Shown piece after piece: positions 38,216 through 50,023 of a stretch of 64,000 bases of DNA. How positions within the stretch are numbered: the stretch's first letter is position 1; the number at the start of each line of letters is the position of its first letter. The stretch is from Octopus sinensis (lineage: Eukaryota). Under the pieces are notes generated by a model. That model did no database searches and was not told the origin of the DNA. It saw only the letters and a list, made by a program, of their open reading frames with translations. The position numbers were made by a program, and so were the translations under genes. Where the stretch lies: positions 13,268,001 through 13,332,000 of the forward strand of contig NC_043015.1 of the NCBI RefSeq assembly GCF_006345805.1, in the 5' to 3' direction.

Positions 38216-39024
38216 TGTTCCCGTATACTGCAGGCTACTGACAATATATTTCCTAGATGTATTCATTTCTTACTCACTCCTCATTGATGTGCATCTAATA
38301 TCAGCATTCTCATCCTGTCCAATATATTTGCAGTTCTCAATTGTAATGTAAATATTGCATTACCAAGACGTTCCCGTTTAGCATTGAAGGGCAAAACACA
38401 ATTTTTTCTCGTCTTACCACCAATTAGACATTTTGTCTATAATCGACATCACGACAGGCAATATAGATAAGTTCTAGAACACTGCCTTGTTCCATTTCAC
38501 ATATGACTGCATACTTCTCATGTATAGCACATTGGCCAACAGTATGTATGTATGTATGTATGTATGTATGTATGTATGTATGTATGTATGTATGTATGTA
38601 TGTATGTATGTATGTGTGTATGTACGTACATATACAAGCATCCCTTGCGTTACAACCACTTTAAGTTATGGGATTTCACCCCGAGAGAAATTGTAAAGTA
38701 TGACCACTAATTTCAGGATACGAATAATAAATAAGTGATGAACGAATATATAGCACGTGTGTTTATTTGGCAAGAAAAAGAAAATGACTGTCCCGAAATA
38801 TAACAATGTCTATAATTTCGCTCTGACAAAAACTTGGATAAATTTTAAGAATTCTAAGTATACAGTTTCTTTTTAATCAAAAGGCCGCTTCTCGGCGTTT
38901 CAAGCTTAACTTGTACTCTGTAATGGGCATTTATTTGTTAGACAGAAAGTAATCTATTCTTTGTGAATTGAAAAATCAATTTACAAATGTGTGTGTGTGT
39001 GTGTATGTATGTACACGTGTGTGA

Positions 39025-39068
<44 letters not shown>

Positions 39069-39694
39069 GCAAATGTGTGTGTGCGTACATGTATGTATAT
39101 ATGTGTACTTGTGTGCATATGCAGATTCTACGAACGAAGTTTTACTTTCGCTGCGCCTATTGGAGTAACATCCCTTTATTCAACGGTTTTTTTTCATAGC
39201 GTTTTTGTTTTAATAACTGATGAGATGCCGGTGCAGGCTTCAGCCCCAACATCCGAAACTTAGTTATTATTTTTATTTATTATTTGTATTTCTATTCATT
39301 TGTACATGTTAAATAAGATTATATTGAAGATATAGAGTATCATGGAAGTTTATAAGAGATAGGGTTAGTGAAAAATGTTGAGGAATCCAGACCTGAAGAT
39401 TGGGAGTATGTCGACCCGAGTATGTTTTGAAACTAGATACCTCGTATCTAATCAATACCGACGTACTTTCATGAAACACGTGTAGTCTTATAAACGGAAG
39501 ATACAGGATTCAGAATAGATATAGTTAGTATAAGATTTAATTTTTAACATTTTATGGAGTGGTGGGTATAAAACCTTTCAGTGTTGATTGAGTTGAAAGT
39601 GGTTCTGTCTTTAAAATTACTTATATATATATATAAAAGTAATATATATATACATTTATACACACACACACACCACACACACACACACACACAT

Positions 39695-39766
<72 letters not shown>

Positions 39767-41190
39767 CACTGAAATGTACACGGTTGAATAAGAATGAAGA
39801 GACAGATTCAAAAGAAATATGCATGTTTGTATCAAAGTGCATCTAGGAAGGTATACTGAGATGATAAACGTGAGTTCGTGCCCATCATTCTTTTCTTAAA
39901 GAATTCATTAATTAAGTGAAGCAACAGAATTGGAAATGGTAACGGGAACGAAAATTTGGTTAACTACTCTCATTAATGACTAATATATAAAACATTGATA
40001 TACAGCTCTGATAAAGAACTATCATACAGCTCATGTAGAAATGACAAAATGAAGAGAAAGATAACGAAATTATTTGATAGATAGATTGATAGATTCGAAA
40101 GCAGAGTGGTAGTTTTGTAGGTTAGTGAGTAGATGGGTAAATAGGGAGGTAGATAGCTTGATGAACAACTATATAGAAAAATGGGTAGGTGGGTAGATAA
40201 GGTGGGTGTTAGACAGTTTATCACAGCTGTCGACCTGCGAATTTTCGAGTAAACACCCCTTTATAAATTTAATGCTTTCTTCTTTTTATTTGTCCGTTGC
40301 TCTCTGTCGGTTTCCGTCGGTTGAGACCGGTTCTAGAGATCAGCTAGGCTAAGATAATAGAATGATTATTGTAATATAAGCTAACTAGTGTTGCCCAAAC
40401 CATCCCACATTTAACCTTGAATCTATCCTCCGACGATCATAATAACCTCAAGGGTAATCAGGCAGTTCCGACCTCATCTAATTGCTGTCATTGAAACGGG
40501 AGAGAAGGAGGGGTGTTTTTATTATTATTATTATTTTATTTTAGTTTGTGAAAATCCATAAAAGCACCTACAGCTTGCTTCGCTGACACTGTATCTGATT
40601 GCTAAGTAAGAATAAAAATGATAAAATAGTATAAAATTTCTGTGTCTCTGACATGCAAGTTTACTAAAATATAAATAGTAGTTTTAGTGAAAAAGTTGAC
40701 AAAAGAAAGCCCCCGAAAGAAAATTTATGAGATAAAGAAATGTGTAAAAAAAATAAAAGCCTCAACTAACTAGAATAAAAATAAAAATATAAAAGTTTCT
40801 CCGGTAAAAGTTTAATAAAGTCAGTCAATTGGACTTTTCTAATGAGTATCAATCGATGAGTGACCGGCTCCTTTAATTTTAAAGGTATTAGCCTCTTTAA
40901 GGAAATGAAAGGAATTTGAGATCAAATACAGATCTTTGTTTCGATCCTATTAGAACTGAACTCTCTTCTGGTGATTTCCGCTCCAAACATACACATGGGT
41001 GCACATGCATGTGCATTTGGTCGGCTCAATTGACTGGCACTCTTGTTTTTCGCTCTTCTGTTTATATTGAGCAATAGAGCGTAGCGTACATTAGAAGAAT
41101 GGACGTGAATGAAGAAAATATAACGACAGAAACATTTTATAAATTAAGCCGAAAAACTGTATTTTGCGACGTAACGTACAGAGCACGCGT

Positions 41191-41237
<47 letters not shown>

Positions 41238-41578
41238 CACACAAGAATGAGAAATGTGCTGAATCGTAGCTCTGATTATCTAAACGGGTAAACGAGATGA
41301 ATTTTGATATTTAAATAAAATAGATTACTTTGTTTTGTGTATTGAGTACTTTCTTCCGTTTGTAATTGCAAATGCACACCATTCTATTCCATATATAAGT
41401 CTGTATATGTGTGTGTGTATGTATGTGTACACAGATGCACACGTAAGACCCACAATCTTTAATGCAAAGATTACCCACATCCAAACAATTACAATGGTAA
41501 AACGCATGGAGGAACAATTGATACAGCTACTGTTTTTATACATATATATATACATATGTATATATATGTATATATATA

Positions 41579-41609
<31 letters not shown>

Positions 41610-41667
41610 ATATATATATATATACACATATTATATATACATACATACATACATACATACATATATG

Positions 41668-41699
<32 letters not shown>

Positions 41700-41760
41700 A
41701 TTATATATTATATATATATATTATATATATACATATATATTATATATATATATATATATA

Positions 41761-42148
41761 CACTACCGTCAGAAATTAATTAGCACCCTTGAGGTATGTG
41801 CTGTCACCTAGTGGCCATATCTCGAACTATTGCCTTGTTGCGAGTTCACTGTTGCGCAGAACGATGACGTAACTTTGTTTGCAGAGCAGTTTGAGAGTCT
41901 ACAGCCTTATGATGTTGACATAGCAGTGCAACAACAACTTGACATAGCAGTGCAACAACAACTTGGAGTGCGGATGCAGACAAATCTTCCTTTGTTTAAT
42001 AGATATAGGTAGCGCCTCGCAAGGACCGAAATCACACCATACTAAGTTTTCTCATCGCGTAAGACGTTTTGAACAGCTCATAGGTTAATTGATTTAACCT
42101 ATTTAATGTAGAAATTTGAGAAGTGCTAATTAATTTCTGACGCAAGTG
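41761..42148. mobile_element. Tc1-like MITE, 388 bp, inserted in (TA)n
   Basis: TIRs cact(acc/tgc)gtcagaaattaattagcac; TA on both sides; internal 24-bp tandem duplication. Confidence 0.85.
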
Positions 42149-42164
42149 TATATATATATATATA

Positions 42165-42910
42165 TTGAAAGAAAGGAAATAGAAACTCGATGTTTGAGTC
42201 CATTTGAATTCAATGATGCTAACCTCGCCCAATGGTTTTCCATCAGCGATTCGTTGCAGAAACGTGAAGAAAACGATCCTTTTTTTAAGAGATTGGTGAT
42301 AATGGACAAAAAATAGATCGGCTATAACAATGTGAAGCGCAAATGTTTATAAGGAAAGCATGGTGAACCACCGCAAACAACCTCCAAAGCAGAACTTCAT
42401 CCGAAGAAGATTATGCTTTCAATTTGGTGTGATTGGAAGGATGTCTTTTACGACCGTCAATTCGGATGTGAACAGTGGCCAGCTGGACAAATTAAATGTG
42501 ACGACCCACCAGAAGCTTCCGGCGTTGTCTTTCATCACGAAATGGCCAGATTGCATACTTCTTTGCAGACGCAGCAGGGTTTACTTGGGTTTGACTGGGA
42601 AGTTTTGCCGCACTCTCCATATTCGCCCCACCTTACGCCTTCAGATTTCCACCTGTTTGGGTCTCTTCAAAATTCATTGAATGGATATACCTTCAACTCT
42701 GAAGAGGATGTGAAAATTCACTTGGAAGAGATTTTCGCCAGTAAAGACAGGAAATTCTTTAAGCAGGGAATAATGAATGTGCCCATAAGATGGCAGAAGA
42801 TGCTGGGACATAACAGTAACTAAATCATTGATGGAATAATTGGTTTTGCGTTTAAAACTTGTCTTATTTTTACATTTATGGGACCGAACAGACTTATTTT
42901 GCCAACCCAA
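42165..42910 (+). pseudogene. Mariner transposase, 5'-truncated and internally deleted, with right TIR
   Basis: KKIMLSIW, EVLPHSPYSPHLTPSDFHLF (YSPDLAPSD motif), RWQK; TIR cttattttgccaacccaa followed by TA. Confidence 0.92.
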
Positions 42911-44242
42911 TACATACACAAGTGTAATTCTGTTATACCGAAATTGCTGGGTCCTAATGAGAAATTCGTTATGAGATCGTAATAGCAAATCGTATAGACA
43001 CTCAATTGTTTGTATCTTAGCTATAAAAAAAATACGAATATATCAACGGTCAGGTCAGCAGTGAATCAGAATTTATTTATTAAATGTTAGAACGAAAGCG
43101 TTCCAGCCGTTACCTTTTTTTATGGAAATCCGAGGCCTTTTTCAAAATTTGAAACCGTATCAAACCTTAACTATCCTTTTTTTCCCTAACTTTTTTTGTA
43201 CTTCTTAGGCATTTTCCCAAACATCACCGTCTCATCTTTTGTGGGAATTCGGATATTCTTTTTACAACGAAAGCGTTCCAAACTTGAACATTTCTTTTTT
43301 CAAATTCAAATTTCATCTGAGATAGAGGCAATACCAAATGAAATTAATGAATAGAATACGAATCCAAATTAAAAATAAATAAATATTGCTTTCTTTGTCA
43401 GATAAATGTGCTTTCCTGTTTCTTCTTTCTCCCATTTATTTTCAACCTTTCTACTATTATTTGAATTAACAAAAAAAACATTTCCATCATAGTGTTTTAT
43501 GACATTTTGTAGCTCTATTCTTCCTTCAACACTTTTGTTTATCGTTTTTGAAATTTGAATAAAGTTTTCCTCTTTTCAGACTCATGATGATGAATTGCCA
43601 AGTAGAAGAAGAAAAAAAATCCAGTGAATTTATCGAACAATATGACGAATCACCTGTCTCGCCACAAGCTGTCTTTGTTGATCAGATACTGTCCATCCAG
43701 CGGACATTATCCGAGTACTTGGTAGTTCTTAGCAGTGGTTCCGATTTTTTTTCTTATTATCAAGAACGGATATAATGAAGCATTTCTTTGTTATAAGCTC
43801 CACTGTTTATTTTGAATTATACCATTGTATGCTTTCTTACGCTTGGAGACAGAAGTATTTATTGTGATTGTTCATAAATTGCATCTATTATTCTGATGAA
43901 AATCTAGGCAGTGAGCCGGCAATATTCTCCAGAGTGTTGGAAGAAAAAAAAACATTGCGGTGTGTTTCTCTGTGAAGATGCGTGGCCTAATGGTTAGGGT
44001 GTTGCTCGCAAGATCGTGGATTCAATTCTCGGACCGGGCAGTGTGTTGTATTCATGAACAGAACATTTCATTTCATGTTAGTCCAGTCTACTCTGCTATA
44101 AATAAAAAACTCTGCGGTGGACTGGGTTTTGTTCGAGGGGAATGTGATTTCGCTCACTTATACGCCACAAAAACCCCAGATAACTGTTCCTATGAGTCCT
44201 AGGAATCAATACAGTAATGTCCAGGATGATGATGATGACGAA

Positions 44243-44468
44243 ACGAGAGGGTGCTGAAAAGTTCCTCGCTTTAAGGGTATCACGAAAGGCCAGGCTGGAG
44301 GCCCCACCTTCCGAGTTATTTTACAGGGTTTAGAAAATGTGGAGGTAAGTAGGATTGCTGCAATAAATTTGTGAATCTGAGAGGGAAATAGTTGGAATAA
44401 AATCATGATTATCTAGTCCTCCTGTATTTTATTTTACCCAAAGCCAGGAGCTTTTCAGACCCTCGCGT
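44243..44468. mobile_element. Mariner-type MITE
   Basis: Imperfect TIRs acgagagggtgctgaaaagttcctcgcttt / aaagccaggagcttttcagaccctcgcgt. Confidence 0.75.
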
Positions 44469-44619
44469 GTTTCCCACCTCTTTGTGTTCTGAGTTGAAAT
44501 CCTACCATCGTCTACTATTTCTGTTATGTCTCTGGGGTCGATAAAATAAAGTGCCAGTTAAGTACTGAGATTGGTGGTTTCCATTAATACCCTCTTCTAA
44601 AAATAACTGGCTTAAATTA

Positions 44620-45445
44620 AAGATCTTACTGCAATAAGAGAAGAAAGGATCAGAGATTCCAGAAGGTTGAATTTCTAGGTATGGATGATAGTGCATAGAG
44701 GTTAGGGCGGAGAAAGAGGATGTCGACAAACTAAGGATGACATGAGGTTGTGAGACGAGTAGTACGGGGGTGTTTGATTGGTAGTGGTACGAGACCAGCT
44801 AGTTCCAAGAAAAGAGACCATTATAATAGTGGTAGAAAAAAAAAGAGCGGACATCAGATTTGTGGAGTGTGTCCGACTGTGATGGAATACCAATCAGCTG
44901 AGTGTCTTTTCACCGGACGTGATCAAGGTTGTCAGTGTGCGTCTCAAATTTAGAAACAATACTCCATTGTGGGGCTCACTTAAGCCTTGTAGAATGTTGA
45001 TAGTTGTTGGGGACTGAAATATCGTTTGGTCCTAAAGATAAAGGCTATAGTGGGATGCTGTTCTTGTTATGCTAAGGAGAGATCTTCGATGAGAGTGAGG
45101 TTGAGAGGACTCCAGCTGAATGCCGTTCATGTTTAGAGTGGGTTATAGTGCAATAGTGCTTTCTTGTTATGAGTAGTACTTCAGTAAGTTGTTTTGGTGT
45201 TAAAAGGGCTGGAATAGCCCCACTGGAGGATGCTCCCGCGGTCTCCATTTATGGAATGAATGTAGGATTGGTATGAAATGTCTGTTTCATGTGGATGATG
45301 CATGTATAAAGACTGGTTAGTAAGGAATAAAGAGTCGTGTCATCTGCTACAGAGTGGATATTGTTCAATGTGGAGGTAAGTAGATCATTGACATATAGAA
45401 AGAAGGCAGTTGGGGGTATAACAGAACTATAGAAAGAGTTCCCTC
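44620..45445 (-). pseudogene. CR1/Jockey-group LINE RT and C-terminal fragment
   Basis: SSVIPPTAFFLYVNDLLTSTLNNIHSVADDTTLYS (GSVLSP..F..Y.ND / YADD region), FSPQQLSTFYKA.VSPTMEYC and FYHYYNG. Confidence 0.8.
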
Positions 45446-45449
45446 AATA

Positions 45450-45634
45450 TACGAGGTCTGATCACACCTTTCTTCGAAGTATTGCTATAAATAGCGGAAG
45501 TGAGTTAGGACGTTAAAACTTAGTGCGCATACACAGCAGAGGTCAAGGTCAATCTCTGCCAAGCGGCTTCACTCTGCGTGCTTTAGCATCGTTACTATGG
45601 CAACAGTCCGGATACATATTGATCAGACCACGTA
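45450..45634. mobile_element. Small mariner-type MITE
   Basis: tacgaggtctgatca ... tgatcagaccacgta (15 bp including TA, 1 mismatch). Confidence 0.75.
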
Positions 45635-45739
45635 TGATGGAATGATGTAATCTGATAGAAAACTACCAGCTGCAGGTGAAAAGTTTTGATAAGAGCTTTA
45701 CATACCAGATACGTTCGAAGACTTTGCTAATGAATAGAG

Positions 45740-45900
45740 CAACAACATTGCTATATTATTTACATTATTTATATTTGACGGATATTTGTCCTCATTTTGT
45801 TTGTTGTTAACACAACGTTTCGGCTTATATATCCTTCAGCCTTTATCAGGTGTCTTGGGGAAATTTCAAACTTGGACTCTCATTCCTAAGGTATATTGTC
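45740..45900 (-). mobile_element. Penelope-like terminal-repeat fragment with minimal hammerhead fold
   Basis: Minus strand ACAC-CTGATAA-A-GGCT-loop-AGCC-GAAA-CG-TT-GTGT at 45853-45810. Confidence 0.65.
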
Positions 45901-46428
45901 CACTATCGGTGAAGCACTATCGGAGATTATCATATATGCTGGTGTTTTGAAGCTAATTTTATTTTTAGACTAGCAGAAATACCCGGGTTGCCCTGGTTAA
46001 AGAAAATAATGAAATTCAAAAATGCCTTTTAGATCTCTAACATGAAACAGACTACGCAGGTCTCACCTCCTAGTAGCTGAGATACCAACTTTATACGTTA
46101 ATAACCTGGCGTTTCCCAGGTTACAGAAAATAATGAAATTTAAGTATGTCTTTTAAATCTCTAAGTAAGATGAAACATAGATTATGCAGTTTTCAACAGT
46201 TATTAGCTGAGGTACCAACTCACTGTTAAAATTGTTAAAAAAAGCAGGTAGTTCTTAGTCTTTGGAATCACCTTCAATTTGAAACACGTTGAACCTGAAA
46301 ATGCATAAATTTGAGAAGAACTGCCCTAGGGGTGCTCCTCTCCTATTAACAAATACATTCAACAAAAATTCTATCACATGACATGAGTATAAACAAACGT
46401 ATTGAAAAATCCGGAAATCAATCGCAGT

Positions 46429-46875
46429 TTAATTATCTAGAGCTTTTAAATATATAACGTTTTGAATGTGTCCTTTAGTTGGTGTATAAATAAAAAGATT
46501 TTGGGTACTTCCAACTCGGTAACATCCTACATATAATTGCGCATGAAAGAAGCAAGGAGAAGCAAGGTGAAGTCCAACAACCTTGAGAGACTGTCCTTGA
46601 GATTTATTTATTGTCATAGCGAAACTTAGTTTCACTGGGAACTGGAACCGTTTAAATTCAAAGGGGAGGTCATATGGGATTAACGGGATCCATGGAATGA
46701 AGGCATCCTTACCCTTATAGTTCCCAATCATAACTGTTGCCTCTAGGACATGGGGTCGCATCGATTTCATCACCAGTCTGGTGTCATTGCACAAACACGG
46801 TGGATCCAAATTCCTGAGCAGTATGATCGGGGCCCCCTTTTTAAGTGTAAGTGGTGAGGTGGCATCCCAGATAGC
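46429..46875 (-). pseudogene. Helitron PIF1-like helicase, C-terminal part
   Basis: GMPPHHLHLK..APIILLRNLDPP..RFQFPVKLSFAMTINKSQGQSL..QLYVGCYRV (motifs V and VI). Confidence 0.93.
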
Positions 46876-47732
46876 TAACCTGGATCTTCAAGTTGCCGCT
46901 GAGGATGTTGTAGATTGTCTGGATCAAAGTATACTTGCTGGCCATTCTCTTGATGTACAGCTAAATAGATAACAGTTGGATGCCGTTCATACACTGGAAA
47001 ATTAAACGCTCTCCAGGCTACCTCGTTGCTACTAGTGTAGCATGCCATCTGGTAGCTTGTCACCTCATCATTCTTGTTTACCTCCTGAAGGCCAAAAGCA
47101 GCCATGTCTGACGCTTTGTTCACATACTTGCATACATACTTTCACAGTGAGAGTTACATGCTGACATCTTCAACAGCTTTTGCCGAAAAACGTGCAAAAA
47201 GGTCGTGCCTATGATGAGAACGTTGTCCTAGTAGAAGCAGGGCCTTGATTTCATCCCACCAGAGGGTTGCAAGTGAAAGTCACGAAAGATCAGGCCGTCC
47301 ATATGTCCTGACATATGACATTGCATCCTGCGTTCTCTTGTGCATATACCGAGGGTTTCCAATGAATGTAGATGGCAGAATGACCAACTGTCCCATGTTG
47401 CTGACATCACAATCTGCTGCAATGGCATCGTACAGGTGGACATATGACTCCGCATATAGCTTTTTCTGATGTTGGCGAATGAAGAGAAAGCGCTCGCTGT
47501 CAACCTTTGCATACGCATCAACCAGGAATTGATGGAAGAGGTCACGGTACTGCAGAAGATGGCTTGGATTGGCAGGGCGGATCATCAGCATGTAAGCGTA
47601 GTAGTCATTGGCTGAAACCTTCCTGTTAGCGGGCTGTTTTTTGCTAGGATCTACTTGTGAAATGTTAAAATGATGTCCAGCTTGCCCTTGCCAGAAGATT
47701 AGTGGGTACTGCAGAGCATCAGCAGCAGCAAT
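46876..47732 (-). pseudogene. Helitron Rep domain fragments, frameshifted and deleted
   Basis: DALQYPLIFWQG, LFHQFLVDAYAKVDSER, ILPSTFIGNPRYMH..QDAMSYVRTYGRPDL, KYVCKYVNK (tyrosine motif), HPTVIYLAVH. The HUH segment appears deleted. Confidence 0.92.
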
Positions 47733-48080
47733 GAGACAGCCTGGAGACTTTCCACTGCATGAACGGCATCCAACTGTTATCCATCTAACTGTACATCTAA
47801 TGAATGGCCAACGAGTATACTTTAATCCAAACAATGCACAACGTCTCCAGCAGCAACTTGAAGCTCCAGGTTCAAATACATTGACTGCTTTCGTTGAGCT
47901 TTGTTGCACAGATCCTTTTGCTTCGACTCTTTTCTAGCAAGAAGTCTCACATGACAACAGAGAACTAAACAATGAAAGAGATATGTCATCGGTCAGACTG
48001 TTGAAGGGCATCCAGGAATCAAGAGAGATTCAACACTGGAAAGGGTCTACACAGTGCATCCCAACAACTTTGAATGTTAG
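47733..48080 (+). pseudogene. Inverted Helitron Rep/linker fragment from a diverged copy
   Basis: FPLHERHPTVIHLTVHLMNGQRVYFNP...TLTAFVELC...VYTVHPNNFEC. Confidence 0.88.
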
Positions 48081-48329
48081 TCACAACTACAATGTAATGT
48101 TAGTTATCAACATACAAGTATAATTATTCACATTGGAATTTAAATAGAAATATCCAGTGTTAATAAGTAGAGTTGTGCCAAAAATAATCATATAGGATTC
48201 AAATGTGAAATATCAAGTGCTAATAAGGCGGCTTGTTCCAAAAATATCCGAAATATGTATTGGAAAATCAATGTACAATATATAGTACCTCATTCAATTA
48301 ATTGAGAAAAAGGCGTCATTCTCCGTATG

Positions 48330-48629
48330 AAATTTTTTCTCTCTCTCACACACACGCACACAACTATATATCTTATGTATATGAAACAGATCTGTTGACA
48401 ATTGATAAAGTAAATGAAAGAAAAGGTGTCTCTGTATGAATTTTTTCTCACACACACACTCATATAAATATATATCTTATATATATAAAACAGACCTGTT
48501 GAAAATTGAAATTTTATTCGGAAATGATCCTTTACTTACGGATACACAAATGGAAAGCTGTTTGGCCGTTCATAGAGGACACACAAATATATGTCATATA
48601 TATATATATATTATATATATATATATATA

Positions 48630-48663
<34 letters not shown>

Positions 48664-48745
48664 TAACGTCGTATTTATTACGTTCGCTATTTTCCAGTAA
48701 ATATCTGTACTTCGTTGTGCCATTTATTTACTTTTATGTATATAT

Positions 48746-48777
<32 letters not shown>

Positions 48778-48832
48778 AAACAGACCTGTTGGCATATGAA
48801 AAAAGGCCGCTATCTCCGTATGGAGATGGTGT

Positions 48833-48878
<46 letters not shown>

Positions 48879-49150
48879 ATCACACACACACATAATAATA
48901 TACATCATATATATGAAACAGACCTGTTGACATTTGAAAAAGAAGGCGTCTATCTCCGTATTGAATGTATTTTTACACACACATTCACATTAATATATAT
49001 TAACAGACCTGTTGACATATCAAAAACAGGAGTCTATCTCCATGTGGAATGAATTTACACACACATAAATATATATCTTATATATGAAGCAGACCTGTTG
49101 ACATTGGAAAATTTCTTTACAGAAATGAACCCGTACGCAGAGAAACACAA
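48330..49150. repeat. Irregular minisatellite with six AACAG-AC-CTGTT palindromic cores
   Basis: Cores at 48385, 48489, 48779, 48917, 49002 and 49088. Confidence 0.85.
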
Positions 49151-49330
49151 ATAGAAAGCTGGAGAACATAAAGAAATGAAAGTACTTTTAGAAATTCTTT
49201 TCTATCAGAAATCGTCACAACTGTAATGATGTACACACATGTGTGTGTGTAAATAGCTGGTTACTTAGTTACTACGTCAGAACGCCAGACACAAGAAGCT
49301 GACATTGACAAAACGGTTTGAAGAAGGGAT

Positions 49331-49862
49331 ATTACCTCCGCTTTAGAGAAGGCGGAAGATATTGTTCTTAGTTGTGTTTGTTTGTTTGTCCGTGGACGAG
49401 ATATCACAAGAACCGCTGGATAGATTCGGATGAAACTTTCAGGGATGTTTAGCCTCATGACTGGCACGAACTGATTTGATTTTGGAGTCGATCTAAAATT
49501 TTCCCTATAGACCTTAATGGTGGTAATGACAGTATATCAGTGGACAGACTAAAAAAGGTCTTTATAGAGAAAACTGTCGCTGTTTCCACTGCAGACGACA
49601 CACACAGTATTACAAACACGACCGGTACACCCACCTTTACATTCTATGACTACCATTGGGGTCGATCAGGTACCGGACTAGGATTCTGGATTATTTTTCC
49701 GCTTTTTTTTTCCTTAATTTTTGAGAGCGATCAGGTTCATTTTTAGTATTCTCGTTTGTGAGAGCAGTCAAATTTATTTCAGATATTCTCATTTTAAAAA
49801 TCATCTCCCGCTAATCGTTGAGAAGCCTTGGCAGAAGTTTGCGCTCTCTGAGTTCTCTTGTT
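49331..49862 (+). mobile_element. HINE-like element nested in the Helitron, with a 167-bp internal insertion
   Basis: Same ends as 9916-10294; insert 49494-49660 flanked by gtcgatc. Confidence 0.78.
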
Positions 49863-50023
49863 ATACATATAAAGCAATATTATTTATTTTTGATAAAAAA
49901 AGAAATCAAAACCGTATTATTATTTTCCAGGTCAAATTATTCATTTACCCCACGTATGGTTACAGATTGATCCAGAGGTTTGGCCTTGCATAGAGGACAC
50001 ACATACAGACAACGTATTTTATA

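Noticed and set aside
48385-49099. CRISPR-like repeat-spacer appearance
   Set aside because: Repeat core is only 12-17 bp, spacers are unequal, mutually related and microsatellite-rich, there are no cas genes, and the context is a eukaryotic Helitron.
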